Below are positions 43,774 through 52,990 of a DNA stretch of 64,000 nt, piece by piece. Each line of letters opens with the position of its first letter. Position 1 is the first letter of the stretch. The notes beneath the pieces are model-generated. The model did not search any database and was not told the DNA's origin. It worked only from the letters and a program-made list of their open reading frames with translations. The translations under genes were made by a program, and so were the position numbers. The stretch spans positions 64,001 to 128,000 of the IMG/VR virus record IMGVR_UViG_3300042317_000390; one strand, written 5' to 3'. The DNA is from a virus.

Positions 43774-46071
43774 ATGGCAGGATATATCGGTCAGACTCCG
43801 GGTCAAGGTCAGATTCAATACTTTACGTTCACATCAACGAATGGTCAGACCACATTTACTGGCGTTGACGATAACAAATATGTATTAAACTATTCTGTTG
43901 GCTTCTGCGATGTGTTCCTCAACGGTCGCCGTCTAACTCCAACATCTGACTATACTGCCATCGATGGTTCAACTATCGTTCTACAATCAGCAGCATCCCT
44001 TAATGACGTTCTATTTGTTGCTTCTGCTTCTACTTTTGATACAGCAGACTGGGTTACTAATGCTGTAAACTATGTTTATACTGCATCATCAGGCCAAACA
44101 ACCTTTACTGGTGTTGATGATAATTCTAATACTCTTTCTTATGTTAATGGAACTATTCTGGTATCTGTTAATGGTATCAACATTCCACAATCAGACTATA
44201 CAGCAACTAACGGAACGTCAGTTGTATTGGATATTGGTGTTAATGCTGGTGATATTGTTCAGATTTTCTCTTTAAGAACTATGGCTGTTGTGAACTTCTT
44301 ACCGCTAACTGGTGGGACAATTTCAGGTAATGTTACTGTTGGTAATAGCACTGTTAACACTCAGATTTCTGCTGGTAATATCGCTCTGAATGGTTCGTCA
44401 TTAATTATTGGAAATTCCACTGTTAATGTTGTTGTTACAGAAACTAGCTTGAAGATTTCTAATAGTTCTTCTAATGTTACTTTTGGTTCTGGGCCAGCAA
44501 CTATCAATGCTATTGCTTCTAATACGTTTACTATTGGAACAGCCGCCTATGTTGTTGCTAACGGTAATGTTGGTATTGGTACAGCAACACCAGACTATAA
44601 GCTAACCGTTCCCGGTGTAATCGCAACAAACAGTTCTTTAAGAGTTTTTGGTGGGTCCAACCCATTCGTATCACTGGCAGATAACAGCGGTATTGGTACA
44701 GCTTATCTACAGGTTGCTTCAAGTATCTTGAATCTATATTATGTTAATTCTGTTTCTGTTTCTGCTGGTGGTTCTACTAGGGCCATCTTTGCTGCTAATG
44801 GTAATTTTGGAATTGGTAACACAAATCCAGTCACAAAGTTACACATTACTAGCAACGATCAAGGCGGCGATCTGATAAGACTCACATCAAGTAACAATAA
44901 TGGAACTTCTATGAGTTTCATAAGTTCTTCTACAAACGGAAGAACCTATAGAATTGGATCTAATTATTCTTCCGGTGCTGGTGAGTTTTCTATATACGAT
45001 TCTACTGCTTCATCTACAAGACTTTTGATATCAAATACAGGTCTTATACAGACTTATGCTAATAATATAATTCGTACTGGATTAACAACTGGTGCTTTAC
45101 AAGTATTAGGCACAACTTACGATCAAAGATTAGCGAGTTATGATATTGCTATTTTTCAAAATGATGATGCTGCTGCTATTAGAATTGTTGAAGCTAATTC
45201 TTCTGCTTCTATATCAGAATTAAGTTTGTGTTCTGGTGATGGGCCATCTTCTAATGTTTCAGTCATAGGATCAACTGGATCAATAGCTTTTGCCACTGCT
45301 AGATCAGCAGGAACTCCTGGTTACGTGCTAACAAATGAGCGTATGCGTATTGAAACAACAGGAAATATTGGTATTGGTACCAACGCTCCAACTGCTTCTA
45401 GAAGAGTCCATATTGTTGATGGTTCTCTTAGAGTAAAGATGGAAGCAACTACTAACAATGGTTATTGTTCTTTAGACATGACCAGTAAAGATGGTTCTGG
45501 CGTTTCTACAAATATATATGCTGGTATGGGTATATCTAGCGCCTCTTCTTGGGAAATTTTTGATCAAACAAATAATCATTTAGCCCACAGATATATGACT
45601 GGAGCATCTGGTTTTCATGACTTCAGAACTCAAGGTCTACAAAGATTATTAATAGACGCTAACGGTCAGGTAAGAAAACCATACCAACATGCATGGTTTT
45701 ATTCTGGCGGTACTACCCTTGCAACAACAACATGGGTGGTTTCCAAACCATCATCAGCAGTTATTTCTAATGCTAATTATAATACTTCTACTGGATTGTT
45801 CACTGCCCCTGTTGCTGGAAAATATATGATAGGATGTTATGGATTATTTTATCCTCATACAGGAGTATTTACATCTTCTATTTGGAAAAATGGTGCATCT
45901 TATGGTCAACAAGTCCAATCTGGTTATGATTCTTCTCAACACACATTAGTTAATATTACAGTAATAGTAGATATGGCAGTAAATGACACTATCGGTTTTG
46001 CTTTTTATAGAACCGATAGCGCTAACCTCTATGGTGGTCAGTGGAACCAGTGGGGTTATTTCTTAGGATAA
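43774..46071 (+). CDS. Tail fibre with C1q/TNF-like C-terminal domain
   Basis: Two GQTTFTGVDDN repeats, GNVGIG repeats, YNTSTGLFTAPVAGKY. Confidence 0.8.
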   Translation: MAGYIGQTPGQGQIQYFTFTSTNGQTTFTGVDDNKYVLNYSVGFCDVFLNGRRLTPTSDYTAIDGSTIVLQSAASLNDVLFVASASTFDTADWVTNAVNYVYTASSGQTTFTGVDDNSNTLSYVNGTILVSVNGINIPQSDYTATNGTSVVLDIGVNAGDIVQIFSLRTMAVVNFLPLTGGTISGNVTVGNSTVNTQISAGNIALNGSSLIIGNSTVNVVVTETSLKISNSSSNVTFGSGPATINAIASNTFTIGTAAYVVANGNVGIGTATPDYKLTVPGVIATNSSLRVFGGSNPFVSLADNSGIGTAYLQVASSILNLYYVNSVSVSAGGSTRAIFAANGNFGIGNTNPVTKLHITSNDQGGDLIRLTSSNNNGTSMSFISSSTNGRTYRIGSNYSSGAGEFSIYDSTASSTRLLISNTGLIQTYANNIIRTGLTTGALQVLGTTYDQRLASYDIAIFQNDDAAAIRIVEANSSASISELSLCSGDGPSSNVSVIGSTGSIAFATARSAGTPGYVLTNERMRIETTGNIGIGTNAPTASRRVHIVDGSLRVKMEATTNNGYCSLDMTSKDGSGVSTNIYAGMGISSASSWEIFDQTNNHLAHRYMTGASGFHDFRTQGLQRLLIDANGQVRKPYQHAWFYSGGTTLATTTWVVSKPSSAVISNANYNTSTGLFTAPVAGKYMIGCYGLFYPHTGVFTSSIWKNGASYGQQVQSGYDSSQHTLVNITVIVDMAVNDTIGFAFYRTDSANLYGGQWNQWGYFLG

Positions 46072-46096
46072 TAAATAATATCAAAAAGGCAGTTAA

Positions 46097-47719
46097 ATGA
46101 CAAGTAAATTACTAAGTCAAGCAATAGGTCTAAGCGGAACCACAGGAAATAGTACTAACATTACTCTTTCCTCGAACGGTTCATTGCAACTTGCTGCCAA
46201 TGGTGGAACTGATATTTTCATTTCAGCCAACGATAATATTGGTTTTGGTAATACTGCTCCTGTCCATAAAGTTTCTATAAATGGCACTACATTTATCAGC
46301 AATAATGCTATAATCAATGCCAATTTATATTTCGGTACAACTACATCAAATACATCCAGATTGTTTCTGTCTACTCCTTCTGGAGACGGAACAGTAACGC
46401 TTTCTGGCGACGGGACTAATTTTGGTGTTTATAGAGCTGTTGGTGGTAGCTATTTTCAGCTTGGTACTACGACTGCAGTTCCTTTATATATTATTTCAAA
46501 CAATTCAAACAGAGTGATGATAGCAGCGAATGGTAATATTGGTATTGGAAATAGTAATCCAGCATATCCACTATATGTAGCTGCAGCAGCCGACGGAGCT
46601 ATTGTTGGGTTTGAATCAACTTCTTCAAACGGTTTCTATTCTACATATTTCAATGGATCTTCGATAACAGGCTATATTGGGACTGCTAATCGTGTTGCTT
46701 CCGGTAGTAATACAGATTTTGGTATTGGCACTCCAGGCGCTGCTGGCGTATTTTTATCAACAAACAATTCAGTTAAATTTTATGTTTCTGCAAACGGCAA
46801 CGTTGGTATAGGGACCACGCCTAGTTCTAAACTGCACGTATATGGAGATGCTAATTCTTCTGTAATAAAAATAACCGACGCTACTTTAGGATCCACTTAT
46901 GGGTCTTATGTCAAAGGTTATGGCGTTGGTGGTGTTGGGGGTTTTACTGAAATTGGAGTTGTTGATTCTGATAATTATTCAAAAGGAATAACAATATCGC
47001 AACAAGCTAATTATGTAGCTTTCAACACTGGTTATGCTGGTTCTAATTCAAACGTAGAACGTATGAGAATTGCCGCTAATGGCAACATCGGTATTGGGAC
47101 TGCATCCCCAACTCAAAAACTGCATGTCGTAGGTCTTATCAATTCTAGTGATGGTAGTTCAGATAGATCATATATTGGATGGAAAGCTGGTTCAACATAC
47201 GGATATAGCGGTCTTCATCTAATTAATATAGATAATTCATCTCTTGTTCTGGGAACTAACAATACTGCCAGAACAATTATTGATGTGAACGGTAATGTTA
47301 TTAGTCCGAATCAACCTTATTGTAGAGCAGTTTCCAGCGCTGGTAATGTCACTGTAGTTAATGGAAACCAAGTAATTCCATATAATAGTGCACTATCTAA
47401 TATTGGCAGCCATTTTAATACTTCAACATACAGATTCACGATGCCAGTGGCAGGTAAATATCTGGTAACAGCTTCTATTCAGTTAAATGGAGGTTCGGCT
47501 CAATATTATAATTTGTATATTAGAGTAAATGGTTCAGGGCAATTTGGCACCTTCCAAACAGGTTCTGGTCTAGCATATCAACAATTCAGTACAACTGGCG
47601 TCGTCAATGGAAGCGCCACAGATTATATAGACGTCGCTCTTTTTGCAGTTTCTGGTAGTGGAACTTTAGAATGTTCAGGCGATACTAGATGCTCGCTATC
47701 AATCACTTTATTAAGTTAA
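46097..47719 (+). CDS. Tail fibre with C1q/TNF-like C-terminal domain
   Basis: ANGN(I/V)GIG repeats and FNTSTYRFT.PVAGKY. AATAAATA lies upstream at 46070. Confidence 0.8.
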   Translation: MTSKLLSQAIGLSGTTGNSTNITLSSNGSLQLAANGGTDIFISANDNIGFGNTAPVHKVSINGTTFISNNAIINANLYFGTTTSNTSRLFLSTPSGDGTVTLSGDGTNFGVYRAVGGSYFQLGTTTAVPLYIISNNSNRVMIAANGNIGIGNSNPAYPLYVAAAADGAIVGFESTSSNGFYSTYFNGSSITGYIGTANRVASGSNTDFGIGTPGAAGVFLSTNNSVKFYVSANGNVGIGTTPSSKLHVYGDANSSVIKITDATLGSTYGSYVKGYGVGGVGGFTEIGVVDSDNYSKGITISQQANYVAFNTGYAGSNSNVERMRIAANGNIGIGTASPTQKLHVVGLINSSDGSSDRSYIGWKAGSTYGYSGLHLINIDNSSLVLGTNNTARTIIDVNGNVISPNQPYCRAVSSAGNVTVVNGNQVIPYNSALSNIGSHFNTSTYRFTMPVAGKYLVTASIQLNGGSAQYYNLYIRVNGSGQFGTFQTGSGLAYQQFSTTGVVNGSATDYIDVALFAVSGSGTLECSGDTRCSLSITLLS

Positions 47720-47742
47720 TTATGTCAATCAAGGAGTAAACA

Positions 47743-48024
47743 ATGGCAAATTATACAATTACTTACACAGCAACTGAAGATCTAGCTATGCAGTATGCCG
47801 CAGCTTCTGTTGATGATTGGATTCAGAACGCAGCACACGAAAGAGCAAGAATTGCTATTGATGAAATCGTAGCAGTTGCTGTTCAAAAGTTTCTAGAAGC
47901 TGGTCAATCAATTCCCGGTTCTAAGGATGAAATCGTAGCAGCAGCTTTTGATAATGGTTGGGTAAAAACAGCCGCTCAGAGAAATGAAGAGGCACTAGCC
48001 ACTATTCCAGTAGCAAATACCTAA
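47743..48024 (+). CDS. Small fibre partner protein
   Basis: AAGGAG RBS. WI.NA...RARIA.DEI...G.VKTA motif. Confidence 0.75.
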   Translation: MANYTITYTATEDLAMQYAAASVDDWIQNAAHERARIAIDEIVAVAVQKFLEAGQSIPGSKDEIVAAAFDNGWVKTAAQRNEEALATIPVANT

Positions 48025-48045
48025 ATACCAATAAAAAGGTAAAAC

Positions 48046-51000
48046 ATGTCAGTAACCAATGACTTATCCAGACTAGCTAATAACGCAAATGTTATCATTA
48101 ATTCAATCACAGTAAACTCTACTGCGATCACTTCTGTTAACGTTGCGGGTATTACTATTAACTCTTCTGGATATACTGGTGATGCTAATAATGCTGCTTA
48201 TCTAGGTGGGTCTAGTTTATCGACTATTCAAGGACAAATTACCTCTAACGCATCTTCTGCGTATAGTAATTCAGTAACATACACTGATACAAAGATAGGA
48301 ACTGCGAACAGTGCTATTATAGCTAATGCTAGTGCTGCCTATAGTAATGCTACTTCATATACAGATACTAAAATTGGTACAGCTAATAGCGCTATTGTGG
48401 CCAATGCTTCAGCGGCTTATAGTAATTCTGTTTCTTATGTTGATACCAAGATTGGTACAGCTAATTCTGCAATTACTGGAAACGCTGCTACTGCATATAC
48501 TAATGCTGTCAGCTACACAGATACGAAAATAGGAACTGCTAACTCGGCAATAGTCGCTAATGCATCTGCTGCATATACTAACGCTACAGTATTCGCTTCC
48601 AATGCTACAAACGTTAATACTGGTACACTAGCAGAAGCTAGATTACCATACCGTATGAATCAGAATGTTCGTAATACAGATACGGTAGAATTTGGCGGAA
48701 TGACTCTTACTGGAAATCTAGTAGTTTCTGGTAACGTCAATATTATCGGCGCTAATAACTTATCAGTGTCTGATAATATGATTTATCTTAATTCTAATAA
48801 TGACGTTAGTAATCCAGATATTGGTATTGCTGGTAATTATAACGATGGTACTTATGCTCATACTGGTATCTTTAGAGATGCAACCGATGGTATATGGAAA
48901 GTATTTGACAACTATGGTCCAGAACCAGATGCTAGTCCATACATTGATACAAGTAACACTAGTTTTCGTTTAGCTAACTTCCAAGCAAATAACTTTTATG
49001 GTGGTAATACTACTGCTAATTGGTTTGTTGCTAATACTTCTGGCGCATATACTACGTTATTAAGCGGTAATGTATCTTCATCTTCATATGTATCTGTAGG
49101 TAATTCTACTGTTAATGTTGTAGCTAACTCATCATCTATAACGTTTAATTCTTCTGTTGCGGCTTATGCTAGTTTTTATAAACCTTCAGCTAATGGTTCT
49201 GCTTATGTTGCGGTTGTAGGTTCTAATAACGCATCTAATCCTTATTGGAATGGTTGGCAATTTGTTGCGCCGGGGGTGTTCGCAAACTCATCTGCTGGTA
49301 ATGCGTTTCCTAGAACTTCTCATTTTTATTCTTTTACTAGCACCTCAAATCCATCAGATTTGTATTATAATATTCAAGCCGGTAATGATAGTGGAATTGG
49401 TACTGGTATAAAAATTTATGCAGTTAGTACAACTAATTCAAGAACTGGTATTGATATTTCAGCTAATGGTAATGTTGGTATTGGAACTACATCACCATCA
49501 AGCAAATTAAACATTAACAGTAGCACTAATGATGGTTTAAAAGTCACAGATGGTACAGTAACGTCTATTCTTTATAACACCTCTAGTTCTTCTGGTTCTA
49601 TTGGCACCGTATCTAATCATACATTTAATATTTACTCAAACAATACAATTCGTGCATCTTTTACAAATAACGGTGATCTTCAAGTTGGAAATCAATCTGC
49701 TGCAGCTAATACTTTAAGATATTTTGATCTGCAAAATACGGATACTGGTGTAAGTGCTGGTGCTATTATGCGTTTTATTACTGCTAATAGTTCTGGTGGT
49801 GCTGCTACTACTGTTGATATGGTTAAGTATAAAAATGGTTCATTCTATATTAACAATAATGACGGTTCTGGTTCTACAAGTTTTGGAACTGCCGGGACAC
49901 AACGTTTATATATTGGGGCGAATGGTAACGTTGGTGTTTCTACAACATCGCCAGCATATGCATTAGATGTTAATGGAATAATAAATTCACAAGATCAATT
50001 CAGAGCTTACGGCGGCGGTGGTGATGTTCGTCTAAACGGTAATTATGCTGGAAATACAGCAGTTGTTGGTACTGTAGGTTCAACCGGTTTTGGTATCATG
50101 ACCAGTAACGATCCTTCTCGTTTATGGATTGCTTCTGGAGGTAATGTTGGTATTAATACTAAATCACCACTAGGTAAATTTACAGTCAGACCATCGACCG
50201 ACAATACAGCTATTACATTAAGCGATGGTGATCCATCAACAGGAGCTTGGATTCGTAATGATGGCTCTAATATGGTCATTTCAACCAATGTTGGTGAAAT
50301 GTATTATGGATATAGCGGTTCGTCTAAAAATCTATATTTTATGCCTGGCGGCGGATCTTCTGGACTTACAATAGGAACAGATAGAGTTGTTTACGCACCA
50401 GTTCAATTTAGATCGCCTGTAATATATGATTACGATGATACAACTTATTATATTGATCCTAATTCATCATCAAAAATATCAGGTCTTATAACCTTTAATA
50501 CAGCTTATGGATCTTCTGTTTTACAAGATGGCCAAGGATTTGTTATTAATGGTAACTATACTAATGGTTATTATAGTCACAGATTTAGAAAATGGGACGA
50601 TGGAAATGGCGTTCCATTATATGTTCAATATACAACAGGAACTATCGGAAGCTGGTCAAATATAGCAAAATTCGGACCAGGTGGAAATGGTGAAACTGCA
50701 CAGTTTTCTGTATTTGGTTATGGGTATGCATCTGGTTCTTGGAGAGCGCCAGTATTTTATGATTCTGACGATACTGGCTACTACATAGATCCAAACTCTA
50801 CATCAGACCAAGCACTAAGAATTAGAGGTGGTGCTTATTTTGGTCCAAATGCGTCTTGGAATAGATATCTATGGGTAGGTACAAACGGTCGTCCGTCTGA
50901 TGAAGCGTCTGTTTGTGCGACCGATGGTAATTTGCATATTGATTGCAAATCAGGAAATATGATCTATTTAAATTATTATAGTAATGCAAATGTGTATCAA

Positions 51001-51888
51001 GGTGGTTCTGGTTTCTTCTATTCAGGAACTTCAATTAGAGCACCTATATTTTATGATACTGACGATACAGCCTATTATGCCAATCTTGCTGGTGCTTCTA
51101 GACTTTCTGGCATTCAAAGCACAGGACGTTCTGGTAACTGGGATTCAGATTTCCAAAACACACCCGCCGACTCTTTCCGTTATGGTGGTGACTTAAACTC
51201 TGGTACAAACTGTCCTACTGGCGGTGGTTGGTGGGTTCAACAAAACTTCAGACACTCTAATTCTTCTAACTATTGGGGTGTTCAAGTTGCATGGGGTTGG
51301 GAAGATAAAGCACATGAACTATATACCAGAAACATCACTGGTAATAGTTTCAGTAGCTGGATTAGATATTCTAACTCTAATAACGGCGGTTCAATTCTTA
51401 TTGCTGATCTTTCAGCATCTGGTGCATCTACTATTGAATCGACAACATGCTTTAATGATAGCACATATAAAGCATATGAAATTCAATTCCAAGTTGTTCC
51501 CGGTTCAATGAGTGCTGGTATCTATATGCAGTTCTATGTTGGTGGCGCATGGAGAACGGCGGCTGGTGACTATAGAACATACTCTGCCATCTGGAATGCT
51601 GGTGGTTCACAAGGTTATGGACCAAACAGCTATATTGATATAGGTTGTGGTGGTCGTATTCGTAACTATGCCGGTATTACAGGTATTGCTTCTATTGTAT
51701 ATCCATCAAGAACAGATACTATGCCAATTATGACTGGTATTGCTGGTGCATGGGATTCTACGATTGATGGTGGTAACAAGATAAACTTTACTGGTTTGCT
51801 ATCATTTAACTCTGCGATTTCTGGTTTCAGAATTTATGCCTCTTCTGGCACAATATCTGGTTACGTTAAGGTATATGGAAGAAAATAA
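48046..51888 (+). CDS. Long tail fibre protein (1280 aa)
   Basis: 26-aa helical repeats, GIFRDATD module, GNVG repeats, three (A/S)P.(F/I)YD.DDT.YY repeats, C-terminal V.VYG domain. Confidence 0.8.
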   Translation: MSVTNDLSRLANNANVIINSITVNSTAITSVNVAGITINSSGYTGDANNAAYLGGSSLSTIQGQITSNASSAYSNSVTYTDTKIGTANSAIIANASAAYSNATSYTDTKIGTANSAIVANASAAYSNSVSYVDTKIGTANSAITGNAATAYTNAVSYTDTKIGTANSAIVANASAAYTNATVFASNATNVNTGTLAEARLPYRMNQNVRNTDTVEFGGMTLTGNLVVSGNVNIIGANNLSVSDNMIYLNSNNDVSNPDIGIAGNYNDGTYAHTGIFRDATDGIWKVFDNYGPEPDASPYIDTSNTSFRLANFQANNFYGGNTTANWFVANTSGAYTTLLSGNVSSSSYVSVGNSTVNVVANSSSITFNSSVAAYASFYKPSANGSAYVAVVGSNNASNPYWNGWQFVAPGVFANSSAGNAFPRTSHFYSFTSTSNPSDLYYNIQAGNDSGIGTGIKIYAVSTTNSRTGIDISANGNVGIGTTSPSSKLNINSSTNDGLKVTDGTVTSILYNTSSSSGSIGTVSNHTFNIYSNNTIRASFTNNGDLQVGNQSAAANTLRYFDLQNTDTGVSAGAIMRFITANSSGGAATTVDMVKYKNGSFYINNNDGSGSTSFGTAGTQRLYIGANGNVGVSTTSPAYALDVNGIINSQDQFRAYGGGGDVRLNGNYAGNTAVVGTVGSTGFGIMTSNDPSRLWIASGGNVGINTKSPLGKFTVRPSTDNTAITLSDGDPSTGAWIRNDGSNMVISTNVGEMYYGYSGSSKNLYFMPGGGSSGLTIGTDRVVYAPVQFRSPVIYDYDDTTYYIDPNSSSKISGLITFNTAYGSSVLQDGQGFVINGNYTNGYYSHRFRKWDDGNGVPLYVQYTTGTIGSWSNIAKFGPGGNGETAQFSVFGYGYASGSWRAPVFYDSDDTGYYIDPNSTSDQALRIRGGAYFGPNASWNRYLWVGTNGRPSDEASVCATDGNLHIDCKSGNMIYLNYYSNANVYQGGSGFFYSGTSIRAPIFYDTDDTAYYANLAGASRLSGIQSTGRSGNWDSDFQNTPADSFRYGGDLNSGTNCPTGGGWWVQQNFRHSNSSNYWGVQVAWGWEDKAHELYTRNITGNSFSSWIRYSNSNNGGSILIADLSASGASTIESTTCFNDSTYKAYEIQFQVVPGSMSAGIYMQFYVGGAWRTAAGDYRTYSAIWNAGGSQGYGPNSYIDIGCGGRIRNYAGITGIASIVYPSRTDTMPIMTGIAGAWDSTIDGGNKINFTGLLSFNSAISGFRIYASSGTISGYVKVYGRK
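48244..48591 (+). repeat. About 4.5 tandem 78-nt (26-aa) repeats
   Basis: (A/S/G)NA(S/A).AY(S/T)N..SY(T/V)DTKIGTANSAI(I/V/T) repeated. Confidence 0.9.
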
Positions 51889-52340
51889 TGAAGCTATATA
51901 AGAAAAGACATAAAGATGATACTGAAACATTCTGGCGCACTTCTGATTGGGAAATCATCGGTCAGGATAAGACAGAAGCATGGGCTGAATTTCAGCTTTG
52001 GTTGGCGCAAGGTAATACACCAGACCCTGCCGATGACGAAGATGATACTCGTATCATTACTTTTATATCTGACCGTCAGTTCTTTCAACAGGCGGCTATT
52101 CAGGGTTTCATTTCACAAGAGGATGCTCTACAGGCAGTTAAGACAGGTTTTATTCCTGCTCCACTACAGGCTATTGTTGATACAATCACAGACCCCACAG
52201 ACAAGTTCAATGCAGAAATGCTTTTGTCTGGAGCAACAGAGTTTCAAAGAAACCATCCACTAACAAGTGTGATTGGCACAGCATTTGGGATGACAGAAGA
52301 AGATATAAATACTTTTTTTAGATCAGCATCAAATTTATAA
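51888..52340 (+). CDS. Fibre-associated (assembly/chaperone-like) protein
   Basis: W.EFQ.WLA.GNTP.PAD plus IS.RQF...F.R.HPL...F..A..L motifs. Confidence 0.7.
   Translation: MKLYKKRHKDDTETFWRTSDWEIIGQDKTEAWAEFQLWLAQGNTPDPADDEDDTRIITFISDRQFFQQAAIQGFISQEDALQAVKTGFIPAPLQAIVDTITDPTDKFNAEMLLSGATEFQRNHPLTSVIGTAFGMTEEDINTFFRSASNL
52304..52311 (+). promoter_or_regulatory. Late promoter TATAAATA
   Basis: Exact consensus about 42 nt before ATG 52354. Confidence 0.6.
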
Positions 52341-52353
52341 GAGGCAAACTAAA

Positions 52354-52716
52354 ATGGCAGTAACATATACATGGGAAGTCACCGGTCTAAAGACTACAAC
52401 AGTCGGTTCTGCTGACGATGTTGTAGTTCAGACATATTGGAAAAAGATTGGCAACGATGGTAATGGAAACGAAGGAACTTTCTCTGGAGCCACTCCATTT
52501 ACTGCCAATACGATGCCAGCAAATACATCCTTTATTCCATTTAATCAGCTAACAGAAGCTGATGTTCTTACATGGATTAAGGCAGTAGTTGTTGGTTCAT
52601 ACGAAGAACACGTCAATACACAGATTCAGAAGCAAATTGACGATAAAAAGAATCCTGTAGTAGAAGCAAATCTACCATGGGCACCAGCGCCAAATACGGC
52701 AACTAGCAATACATAA
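52354..52716 (+). CDS. Fibre-associated protein
   Basis: YTW.V..L......DVV....W...FIPF..LTE..V..W....LPW. Confidence 0.75.
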   Translation: MAVTYTWEVTGLKTTTVGSADDVVVQTYWKKIGNDGNGNEGTFSGATPFTANTMPANTSFIPFNQLTEADVLTWIKAVVVGSYEEHVNTQIQKQIDDKKNPVVEANLPWAPAPNTATSNT

Positions 52717-52733
52717 TTAGGAGATAGTAAATT

Positions 52734-52913
52734 ATGGATAAGACTGTAAAACTTGAGTTGACGATTGAACAGCTAAACGTTGTTATGGGTGGCCTTGTTA
52801 AGCTACCAATCGAAACAGCAATGGGAACTTTTAATGCCGTTCAGATGCAGGCTGACGCTCAGCTGAGATCGCCACCACCTGAAGGGCCATTATCGGACAA
52901 GGTTATCAACTAA
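52734..52913 (+). CDS. 59-aa hypothetical protein (not in ORF track)
   Basis: AGGAG RBS. MDKTVKLELTIEQLNVVMGGLVKLP...DKVIN*, followed by a terminator. Confidence 0.75.
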   Translation: MDKTVKLELTIEQLNVVMGGLVKLPIETAMGTFNAVQMQADAQLRSPPPEGPLSDKVIN

Positions 52914-52917
52914 AATT

Positions 52918-52943
52918 AAAGGGACCATTTCGGTCCCTTTTTT
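52918..52943 (+). terminator. Rho-independent terminator
   Basis: AAAGGGACC-atttc-GGTCCCTTT followed by TTT. Confidence 0.85.
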
Positions 52944-52947
52944 ATTA

Positions 52948-52955
52948 TATAAATA
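52948..52955 (+). promoter_or_regulatory. Late promoter TATAAATA
   Basis: Exact consensus right after the terminator and before the 52991 gene. Confidence 0.75.
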
Positions 52956-52990
52956 AAGATAAAAACACTAACCAGAGGGGAAAGTGAACC

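Noticed and set aside
48244-48591. CRISPR-like array
   Set aside because: The repeats are in-frame coding tandem repeats without unique spacers.
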